A stretch of 64,000 nt of DNA from NCBI GenBank assembly GCA_030704615.1, contig CM060734.1, forward strand, positions 23,002,001-23,066,000, given 5' to 3'. Source of the stretch: Takakia lepidozioides (Eukaryota > Plantae > Bryophyta). The number at the start of each line of letters is the position of its first letter. Position 1 is the stretch's first letter. Under the pieces are notes generated by a model. It was not told the origin of the DNA, made no database searches, and worked only from the letters and a program-made list of their open reading frames with translations. Position numbers and translations under genes: made by a program. This document shows positions 40,642 through 50,361 of the stretch, in pieces.

Positions 40642-41405
40642 TATACAGGTCTGTGAATAATTCAGCTGAGTGTTTAACCATTCCGGAGCGGCAGAAAGCT
40701 ATTAAGCTTGCGGCGGATACTTCACTTGCAGTTACTGCTAGCGGATCTTGCTGGACTCACGCGTTTAGTAGAGAGCTTGCTCAGGCTACTGGGGATGAAT
40801 GCTGCCTGATTGATTCGTCAAGTAACGACGGGTTAGAGGTTAGCTCTTTTTCGTGCCTAGATTCTTCTGCAGCGATCCTGTCATCGTCTCAGGGCTGCCC
40901 GTGTGGAGTGGAGACGAAGGGCTTTGCCGTGGGTGACTCCAAGCCGGCCCGTTTTTTTGGATTCGGGAAAGGGGGTTATTGGCAAGTCACTAGAAAGCCT
41001 GTACTGGTGGCCAATTTTAAAAGGCTCGCAGGGAGATCTAGAAGGATTTTGTACAAGAATTCACGCCTCTATAAGGCATCAAACAGGAGACTCAGGGCAC
41101 TCCACAAATTTGTGGGGATCAAAACTGTAAGATCTTTGAAGAACTGCCACAGATTCGGATCTGATGCCGATCGTGGTGTGAACGCTCGGGTCAGTGATAC
41201 TCGCATCATGGATCTACAAAAGCTTATTCCTAGTGGAACAAGTATGGACACTCCCATTTTGCTGGAGGAGACCGCTGATTATTTGATGTTCCTGGAGCTT
41301 CAGGTGCAGGCCCTCCAATTGCTGGCTAACAAGATTGATTTACAAGCAAAACCTGTCGGGCAATCTGCCGAGAGCCTCATCTGCTTCTCGGAGGGGTTTC
41401 CGTAA
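40635..41405 (+). CDS. Atypical (non-DNA-binding) bHLH protein of the IBH1/AIF/UPBEAT-like group; 5' end missing or interrupted
   Basis: ERQKAIKLAADTSLAVTASGSCWTHAF motif and C-terminal RIMDLQKLIPSG..MD...LLEETADYLMFLELQVQALQ HLH; frame opens at TTG with no ATG before the motifs. Confidence 0.85.
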   Translation: MVLYRSVNNSAECLTIPERQKAIKLAADTSLAVTASGSCWTHAFSRELAQATGDECCLIDSSSNDGLEVSSFSCLDSSAAILSSSQGCPCGVETKGFAVGDSKPARFFGFGKGGYWQVTRKPVLVANFKRLAGRSRRILYKNSRLYKASNRRLRALHKFVGIKTVRSLKNCHRFGSDADRGVNARVSDTRIMDLQKLIPSGTSMDTPILLEETADYLMFLELQVQALQLLANKIDLQAKPVGQSAESLICFSEGFP

Positions 41406-41830
41406 ATGCCCAGCTTGCGCCCAGCCTTGTCTCAGTACGAAGGTGGCTATAGTGGTCAAGTCGCATGTTCTGAGTTGTGGCTCCAGGCATTAGTGAACCG
41501 TGAAATGAAGGTGGAGCCTAAGAATGTGAGCCCTGGAGCTGCAATGGTGTTACATTTCTAGTGGGAGGTATAGTCTGTAGATGTGGATCTCTAGTGAGGG
41601 TGAAAGCAGAGGAGACAGTGAACCACACCGCGAGCAGTGAATGGAGGTGTTTCGGATCATGCTTGAATGCACAGCTGCATCTCAGATTTACCCTCATGTG
41701 TTTCGGCTTCCATCTGGGACAAGGTAGTAGACAGGGGATCCATCTCATACAACAACGATAAGGTGGCCCATTGATCGCAGCAGCTTCAACAAGGTGTTAT
41801 TATTCTGACACTTGGAACTTGGCATACCAA

Positions 41831-41953
41831 TGAATCCAGAGAAGTGTACTTTCTGTGTGAACTCAGGGGTGCTTCTGGGACACATTGTGTGTAAGAAGGG
41901 ACTCCTTGTGGATCCCAGAAAGACAGAGTCCATTAAAGCCTCTCCACCACCAG
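41831..41953 (+). other. Isolated 123-bp copy of Gypsy-1 RT sequence (6160-6282)
   Basis: Identical except for one C/T difference; no flanking element sequence. Confidence 0.9.
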
Positions 41954-42396
41954 CACATTACCTTTATCATGGTAGTTCCAGTCTTGATTGAGTTGAAAAA
42001 TCTAAGATCGTCATATTTCAGATATGAGCCTGGCATGAGTCCAAGGAATTCTTAGGGAACCTGCAGTGAATGGCAAAAAACGTGGGAACAGGGAACGAAA
42101 GGAAACCAATTAAAAATAGTTTTTCCTTGTATTTGTTTCTATTTAAGGTCATATATTATATTTACAGAGCCTCTTTGGCCATATCTTTGTCATATGAGCC
42201 CCGTTTGATACAGTTTTTGAGGGGATAGCTGTAGAAAGGGGAAATCTACCTATCTAGTTCTGGTTTTAGTTTTTTGGACTCTGCTAAAAATCTATGGAAT
42301 TTTTTGAGTGTGAGTGTGCTATGAAAGATCCACAATTCTGTTTCTAGAACCTGTTGTGGTCTACATGAGAGACAAATCTGGGGATGTCCTCCTTGT

Positions 42397-43110
42397 ATGG
42401 CTGGGGGAAATGAGGAAGTAATTGAAGGGCAGGTCTCTTCTCTTAGCCTGTGCACACGAGGGGACAAGATTTATGTTTCTCAAAGGGCTCAGACTGATTT
42501 GAGTGGAGAGCAGTTGGACGAGTTGATTGCATACTGGGAGTCAGGCATTAGCAATAGACAACAAACTGCTGTAGTTGGCGTTGCGGGCCTCAATATTGCT
42601 TTGGACAGTCAGAACTCTGTTGGAGCGAGCAGTTCTGCAGCTGTAGGTGAAATACCAAAGTGGGTGGAAGCTAGGCTTGGAACACAGCCAAAGACAGCCC
42701 CGAGGACCAAGGTGTTCAGCCACAAGGCCGTGGTGTACTGGAGCAAAGGAACAGGAGCTACACAAGTTTTTGTAATCAGACATGGTTGCAGCCGGACACG
42801 CTCTGCACAAGGCAACCATGAGCGGGGGTTCATTAGCAATGACAAGTTTGTTCTGCTTGAAGGAGATGTAGTCATTTGCAATGAGGACACTCGCAACCGT
42901 CTCAAAGCTTTCGAGTTGAGAGACTGTCAGACCCTACCTTTATTTTCCTTAGTATTCAGTGAGCGGGAGATAGAGAAGTATTGCTTTGTCTCTACCTGGC
43001 AGAAAGAGGAGGAGGGTTGGTTAGAGCGAGCTACTATAGCTTGGGACAAGGTTAGTGGCAGGTTTCTGGACATAGATATACCTCCTACATCTTACCATCA
43101 TGCAGAGTGA
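42397..43110 (+). CDS. Hypothetical 237-aa protein, possibly an upstream ORF of the DNMT-Gypsy element
   Basis: ATG-initiated uninterrupted ORF with normal amino-acid composition; no recognised motif. Confidence 0.4.
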   Translation: MAGGNEEVIEGQVSSLSLCTRGDKIYVSQRAQTDLSGEQLDELIAYWESGISNRQQTAVVGVAGLNIALDSQNSVGASSSAAVGEIPKWVEARLGTQPKTAPRTKVFSHKAVVYWSKGTGATQVFVIRHGCSRTRSAQGNHERGFISNDKFVLLEGDVVICNEDTRNRLKAFELRDCQTLPLFSLVFSEREIEKYCFVSTWQKEEEGWLERATIAWDKVSGRFLDIDIPPTSYHHAE

Positions 43111-43717
43111 GGCACTTTGAGAGTCTGGCAGTTGATAGCATAGATCAGGATTAGATCTTGCTTGGTCGGGCCTCTATTCTTCCCCTCCCTCTTTTTACTA
43201 TTTTCATTACTTTGTACTTGTAGTTGCCAAAGCCTCTCTTGGTGGAGGCCAGTCAGTCCGGGGTTTTGGGTTGGGATATTCTGCAGGATCACAGATGGAT
43301 TTTGGTGTGGGGGTGTTGATGTTTTGATTTCTTGTGTTTGGATCCCCCCCAACACCTGCATGCTTGATTGTGCGCCATGTTGGTTTTGTGTGGGCGCTTG
43401 CTTTGATAGGGATTAGGCCGGATTTGATCACCGGTCAATCCTAGAGTATGCTGTCGGTAAAGAGGCTGGAGTGATGACTAGCAAGACCACCAGTGTTTCT
43501 TCTATGGTGAGACTGGGTTGATGACCAGCCAACCATAGGAGTTCTTGCGGTGGATGCAGGTGCAGGTGCCCTTAGCCACAGGGATATGACCCTTAATCCG
43601 AAACAGGTGCTCACCCGTGTCACTATTAGAATTAGTATTAGAGCCTTATAGTGTCACGTGGGGGAGGTGCGGGTTGTGAGTGTCATCACGGAGTTACCCA
43701 AGGGTTTTGAGGGGAGT

Positions 43718-45350
43718 ATGGCTACAGGCAGTAGCAATGAGAGTGGGTTCAGCAGACGAGGTGTTCGTTTCAGACCACCTTCACCTCCACCCTCAACTAG
43801 TGTAGAGTCAGACACAGACTCAGAGGCTTCATCAACAGGTGTGCAGTTTCATTCGCCATTGTTGTGGGACGACATGGAGGAGATGTATGGAGCTACCAAG
43901 TTGCCTCGTAGGTACTCTGGAGCTATGGGCACAATCGAGCTGGATGACTTTATCCAGGAGTTCGACAGCTGGTGTGATTTGCAGCAGATGCGCAATCCAC
44001 AGCTGTTCACCCCATTCATGGCGTGGAAAGGCCCGCCTATGGACGATTACCACGAGTTCAGGCAAGGACAAGAAGTAGAGATTGAGGAGTGGAGGATGTA
44101 TTGGTCACCTGACTACGTCTCCATTACTCGAGGCACGACGCGACCAGTAGCTGCATCAGCACCAATATCTCCCACTGCCAGCACTAGTAGTAGAACAAGT
44201 GGTGCTGGTACTTCTGCAGGTGGTACCAGTTCTAAAGGTGCTACCACTCCTCCTGCCACGACTACAACACATGTGCCTAGATTCATCCCGGTGGTGGAGT
44301 TATTCCAGGAGTTGCGGAGGAACTATCAAGGCATACGGACAGAGAAGCTGCGAAGTTTGCAAGACTTCCAGCGCAAATCCAGTGAGAGCTTCCGAGAGGC
44401 CTACACTCGTATGAGGCGCTTGATAAGTGTGACCCAAGGGGTTACTGAAGCTCATGCAATTATGGTATGGAATTTTGGAGAAAGAGCTCAGGAGAAGGGT
44501 GCGGGATGCAACCCTGTTACAAGCGGCCCAACCCACATTAGCAGATGTGTTTCTACTGGCTGAGCGGATTGAGCTCAACATGGTGGAGGAGCGAGTTGTT
44601 ACCATTGGATTTGGCAAGGACATGCATGCACGAGGCGCAGCTGCTAGCCAACAGGCACAAGGGACTGCCCAACAGCGTGGTCAGGGGGCAAGGTTGCCCA
44701 ACCCAAATTCCATGGAGTTTACAGGGGACCTCAGGTGCAGAGGCCAGTAGCTTCTTTTGCAGGCCAACAGCAACCAGGGGTGGTATGTTGGACATGTGGG
44801 AGACCGCATGTCAAGAAAGATTGCCCAGAGAGTGGCAAAGGGCCGGCACAAGCACATCCTGCACAGTTGCAGTGTGGGCATTGTGGCAAGTATGGGCATA
44901 GAGATGCCCAGTGTTATGACTTGCACCCTGAGTTGCGGCGAGGCCAGTTCCAAGCGAACAATGGTGGCCGAGGGCAAGGTGGAGCATCTCAAAGAGGACG
45001 AGGTGGTCAGGCACGAGGTGTAGGACGAGGGCAAGCATAGTATGGCCAAGGACGTGGAGGTCAGGGCGTTGATCAAGGTATGGCCAACCGGCTTCAACAG
45101 CTAGAGCAAAGGCTTGCTGCCATGGCCACAGCTCAGGTGGTACCAGCTCCAAGACCTGAGGGTCCACCTCCTGTTCCTCCTCAACAGTGTCATCCTGACG
45201 GAGGAGACATGGGAGGCATGGGATTTATGTGTGGGGCAGCACTACCACTAGTGCAGGTGGAGTCTGCTGCAGCCGTCACTCGAGGAGCAGCACGAGTTCC
45301 TGAGCCACGAGGTGCAGAGGTGGAGTTGGATCCACAGCGTGGGAAGCGGC
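43718..45350 (+). pseudogene. gag: gag of DNMT-Gypsy
   Basis: LDDFIQEFDSWCD...LQDFQRKSSESFREAYTRMRRL; CWTCGRPHVKKDC and CGHCGKYGHRDAQC knuckles; frameshifts. Confidence 0.85.
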
Positions 45351-45357
45351 CACCTCT

Positions 45358-46044
45358 GTGTGTGAGACCCCACTGTTCTCGGCAACCATGATTGCGACGC
45401 CAGGGGTAAGACCAGCTGCAGTGTTCAGACTAGCAGCAACATTCTGCGAGAGTGGGGAGATCACTTCATCTTCTGCGGAATTAGTGGAAGGTGTAGTGGC
45501 AGAGGGATCCTCGGATTTGAGGGTCAAGACTGCCATGGCTGCGCCATGGCAAGCTACAGCTGCCAGGTTGATGGAGCTGCCAGCTAGGCCAGCCTTTGAG
45601 CGCGCCATGGTGACACTTGGAGTTGTCTTGTTAGACAACCAGGATGACATTTTCTCTTTGAGTGGACCGGCAGGCAAGAGGTACCGGCCACTGCGGGTCT
45701 TGTTGGACTCGGGAGCTCAGCCACTGATGTTGGGCAGAGCTGTTATTGCACGTTTGGGCCTCATAGAGGCGGACATGGAGCCTTGTCCTTTCCAGATACA
45801 GACATCTCTGGGAGGATCAGAGCAGGCTCGGGGCATGACACGGCGTGAGTTGGCCATTAGACTACAGCCGGATCATCCTATAGATGGCTCAGTGATACGA
45901 GCCAAGGCCATTGTGACAGATGCGGTCTCTTACGATGTCCAGTGTTATATCCCATGGGCTTCACCCTGGATTTTTGGGAGGAGTCAGCATCCTACAGGCC
46001 TGGATGGCAGTCAGGGGATGGTTGTCGTGTACAGCTCCCTGTGA
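45358..46044 (+). pseudogene. Aspartic protease domain of DNMT-Gypsy
   Basis: RVLLDSGAQPLMLG (DSG at 45706-45714). Confidence 0.85.
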
Positions 46045-46344
46045 CATTCATTGGGGGTGTTGCTACTGCCAGCGGGGCAAGATGCCAACACTAGCAGCCT
46101 TCACAGCTGCAGTTAGTTGGCCTGGAGAGTTGCTGGAGGGCAATGCCCATGCAGAGGATGTGCCACTTCCAGCAGAGCAGGATGACATGCATGATACGGC
46201 GGAGTTGTCTGCCATGGTTGCTCACACTCCATTGTGGGGTACGAGCAAGCATTTGCAGCAGGCTGCTGATAGACGGGTGCAACAAGCCTGGGTAGAGGCC
46301 TTTGTACCGTCAGGAGAGGGGGAGAGTGCGGAGGACCATCTCAG

Positions 46345-47646
46345 TTGTCTTCATTGGACACCACACCTCTTGTGTGGCAATGCCCACATGAAGGCATATG
46401 CCTTCTGGACTTGTTTGGCGGGATCAGCACTGGATTGGCTGCAGTGCTGCAGGCAGGTGTACGAGTTCGACGTTACCTGTATGTGGAGAGGGATGAGACT
46501 GCACGACGCGTCTCACTGCGCCATGTTCCTCAGTTGGTACAGCAGTATCCTGATTTGTTGTCAGTGTCTGCAGTTCGTGGATACCAACAAGAATTGCTAG
46601 CAGACATCTCTTTGCTGGGGGCGCATGATTTGGAGCGGGTTGACCCTATTCACTTGGTAGTGGCAGGTTGGCCCTGCCAAGGACATTCATCAGCCGGGCA
46701 TGGCAATGGGTTACACGACTCAAGGTCACGCCTGTTTTGGGAAATATTGAGGGTCCTACGTTATTTACAACTTCAGCAGACAGACTCTCCAGCATATATC
46801 TTGGAGAATGTGCCATTGATGGGTGATTCTCGGGCCAAGGTGATGGCCAGTGTGCATCAAGTGCGGTCTTGGCTTGGGTTAGCAGTGTTGCTGGATGCAG
46901 CTGCAGTGGGGTCACGGGCTCATCGCCCACGACTATGGTGGACCAACTTGATGTCACCTGCACTGCTCAAGCGTGCATTTGATGGGGTGCAGCGGCCACC
47001 ACACCTGACGGTGGATAGCATTTTGGACATAGGGAGACAATCTCAGCGTGTGAGACACGATGACCGATCACCTTTGGCAGTGGTCAATAAGGTGGGTCAC
47101 CCACGAGCCGCATTGCCTACACTGCTCAGTTTTCCAGGATCCCATGCTTTTCGGGATGGTGGACCTGGCCTCTTGTGGGATAGCCAGTTGCACCAATAAG
47201 TGGAGCCCAATGCTGACGAGCGCGAGCGGGCGATGGGTTTTACCACTGGTACCATGGCGGTGCCATCTCTTTCTGAGGCATCACGTCGTCAGGTGTTGGG
47301 GCAAGCAATGGATCTCAATTGCTTGACCTGGATTATCAGCTTGGCTATGGCTAAGCAGCGCCGAATACGGAGTACAATTCCCTTGATGGTATCCCTGCCT
47401 ACCGAGACGGTACAGGCAGCAAGTGGGGGCGAACAGGTGAGGACCACAAGGTGCAAGCCGCATCCATGGCACACGTGGGAGGTGCTCGAGGTTCAAAAGG
47501 AGTTGGCAGCCAAGGCGGCCGTGATGGATGAGGTTGGGGATTTTTCTCGGGTTGAGGAGGTCCTCAAGGATGGGATGATGGGGCATGATGAGACATTGTC
47601 ACTGACAGAGGAGGCAGTGGTCACTGCTCAAGAGGTTGCAACATAA
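46345..47646 (+). pseudogene. DNMT3-like C5-cytosine DNA methyltransferase domain within Pol
   Basis: Motif I LLDLFGGISTG, II YVERD, IV AGWPCQGHS (46672-46680), VI YILENV, VIII AHRPRLWWTNL, IX ERERAMGF, X RRQVLGQAMD; one in-frame TAA at 47197. Confidence 0.93.
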
Positions 47647-47772
47647 CAACCACGGGACGCGTCTTCTACCTCTAAGCCTGCTGGACTCAAGGTTGCAGTC
47701 ACGGAGGACAACTGGGAGCCAGATGTTGGACCTATAGTCACCGGAGGAGAAAGATGACGTATACGGCGGTTC

Positions 47773-49218
47773 TTGAGGGCTTACAAGAACTGCTTTGCCT
47801 TCAGTTTGAAGGACTTAGGAGCACTGAAGGGTCAAGAGATTCGCATTGAATTGGCTACTAACACGCCAATCTTTCGGAGACCCTATAGATACAGTGACAT
47901 GGAGAGGTCCTTGATTCAGATGAGAACTCGGGACCTTAGGGAGGCTGGTTTGGTGGAGCTATATGGGGGAGAGTATGCTTCAGCCACAATGATGCCAGCC
48001 AAGAAGGATGTCGATGGCAATTGGACGGAGAGACGTATGTGCGATGATTACCGGCCTGTAAATCGTCAGACCAAGTCCGATAGGTATGCCATGCCGACAC
48101 CAGAGGAGATCTTTGATGCCATTGGGCATGCCAAGGTCTTTAGCACTTTGGATTTACGATCCGGATATCACGAGTTGCCGATCAAGGAGGCGAATAAGCA
48201 GAAGACGACATTCTGGGGGATTAATGAGCATGGGAAAGATTGCCTATACCAGTGGCGGTTCTTACCATTTGGGCTTAAGAACGCTCCGGCAGAGTTTCAG
48301 AGAGTCATGGACAGGATTCTAGCAGGGGTGGAGTTTGCTCGGTGGTGCTACATAGATGACATCATCATCTTTAGTGCTACGGTGGAGGAGCATGAGAGAC
48401 ATCTTCAGGTGATATTTGAGCACTTGAGGACGTACGGATTGAAGTTACATCCGGGGAAGTGCAAGTTTTTCCACAACCAAATTGAGTATCTGGGTCACAT
48501 GATATATCCTGGAGGATTGGGGGTACAGCAGACTAAGGTAGAGTCCATTGCACAGATTCCACGCCCCACGGATGTGAGCCGAGTTCGAGCTTTCATGGGG
48601 TTAGCAAACTATTATAGACGGTTTGTTAAGGGATTTAGTGCCATTGCAAAGGCTCTAACCAAACTGACCAAGGTGGACCAGGAGTGGCAGTGGGAAGATG
48701 AGCAAGAATAAGCTTTTCAAGAGCTCAAGGCGAGGTTGACCTCGGCGCCCATCTTGAGACGACCTATCAGGGGGCGTCTTTTTCAGCTGCATACAGATTG
48801 GAGCATGTTGGGGCTTGGAGCGGTGCTCACACATGTGGATGATGAGGGAAGAGAGCTCGTAGTGGCTTATGCTAGCCGCTCGAACAACGCTGCAGAGTCT
48901 AAGTACAGCTCATATGAGGGAGAATGCTTAGTTGAAGTATGGGCCGTGATATACTTCAGGTGCTATCTATACGACAATCTCTTCACCCTTGTCACGGATC
49001 ACCAACCACTCAAGTGGTTGATGGAGTCAGACAAGCTTACGGGGAAGCTTGCATGGTGGGCACTCATCCTTCAAGAGTATGACTTTCAGGTTGTGCATCG
49101 ACCGGGTTTGGTCAATCGGGATGCAGATGGGTTGAGTCGCAATCCATGCACGAGCCTGCAGGATGATACTGGAGCTCGGTGGCATGGTGAGACGGAGGAG
49201 GAGATGGTGCCCAGATAG
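47773..49218 (+). pseudogene. pol: Reverse transcriptase and RNase H of DNMT-Gypsy
   Basis: FSTLDLRSGYH, LPFGLKNAPAEFQR, YIDD (48349-48360); LHTDWS...YSSYEGECL...TDHQPL; in-frame stops. Confidence 0.95.
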
Positions 49219-49235
49219 CATGCATCTGCATTTCT

Positions 49236-50360
49236 GTGTATCTTGGCAGCGAAAGGCCAGGTTGGACCTACAACAAGGATGACTGTAAGGATCCTGAGGC
49301 CAACAATGAGCAAGGTGGCGCCAAAGATATACATGAGGATTCAGCTGTGTTGGACTACCTCCGCACTGGAGACACCGCAGCCACTGTGATTGCCAAGGAG
49401 AGGGATCGGATCCTACAACGAGCCAAGAGGTTCAAGTGGGAGGGGACATACCTGCTCCGAGTGTGGGAGGATGGTCGAGTGAGGATTGTGCCTCACCCAA
49501 CACAGCGGGCACGGTTAGTGCGGCATGCTCATGAAGAGTTGGGGCATTTTGGGGTGCGACGCACTCATAGTCTACTGCAGGGGCAGTATTGGTGGCGTGG
49601 TATGCACACAGAGGTGCAACAATTTGTGGCTAGGTGCATGGTGTGTGACAGGGTGCGTGCTTCATTCAACGCCCCTACTCCACAATTGCACCCTCTTCCG
49701 ATCATGGGATTGGGCTACAGGTGGAGTCTTGACTTTGCAGGGCCGTTGCCACTGACCATGCGCCACAACAAGTACGTGTTGGTGATGGTGGAGCACTTCT
49801 CCAAGTGGATCGAGTTGGTTCTATTGCCTGATATGGCTAGTGAGGGAGCTGCGTATGCATTCTTGGATTGTGTACTTAGCCAATTCGGTGCTCCAGCTGA
49901 GGTACTCACGGACCAAGGGAGAGAGTTCTTGGGGGAGTTTCAGGCGTTGTGTGACAAGGCCTTGGTAGACCACCGCACCACTTCTCGGGATCATCCTGAG
50001 GCCGATGGCTTGGCAGAGAGGGTTTTTCAGATAGTGAAGAGGGGTTTGCGCAAGTATGGCTTGTAAAAGGGACACCTAGGAGACTGGGACCTTCAGTTAC
50101 CTTGGTTAGCCATGGGCTACAGGTTCAGCAAGCAAGCATCACTTGCCTCCTTCTCACCATACTTTCTTCTCTTTGGCCGAGAGCCGGATTTGCCTGCATC
50201 CATTCGTAGAGAAGCTGCTACAGTTCTCAACCTTGACAATCCGGACATGTGGGCACGTGCATGTGATCAGCGTGCAGAGTTGTTCAAGAAAGTCATGCCC
50301 ATGGCTTTCGAGAACCTTGCCATTGTACAACATCGTGATACGTTGAGGTATGCTACCATA
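49236..50360 (+). pseudogene. Integrase of DNMT-Gypsy, C-terminus truncated
   Basis: HEELGHFG...CMVC zinc finger; WSLDFAGP, LTDQGREF, GLAER (DDE); SPYFLLFGREP. Confidence 0.93.
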
Positions 50361-50361
50361 G

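Larger units (their letters stand above)
43718..50360 (+). mobile_element. Ty3/Gypsy retrotransposon internal region with gag-PR-DNMT-RT-RH-INT; 3' end truncated by a tandem repeat; LTR pair not identified
   Basis: Domain motifs in order on one strand; PR, DNMT, RT and RH ORF pieces (45358, 46345, 47200, 47773, 48736) share one reading frame. Confidence 0.93.

Noticed and set aside
46345-47646. Bacterial restriction-modification methylase or host DNMT3 gene
   Set aside because: Intronless, no PWWP/ADD domain or restriction-enzyme partner, and in frame within Gypsy Pol
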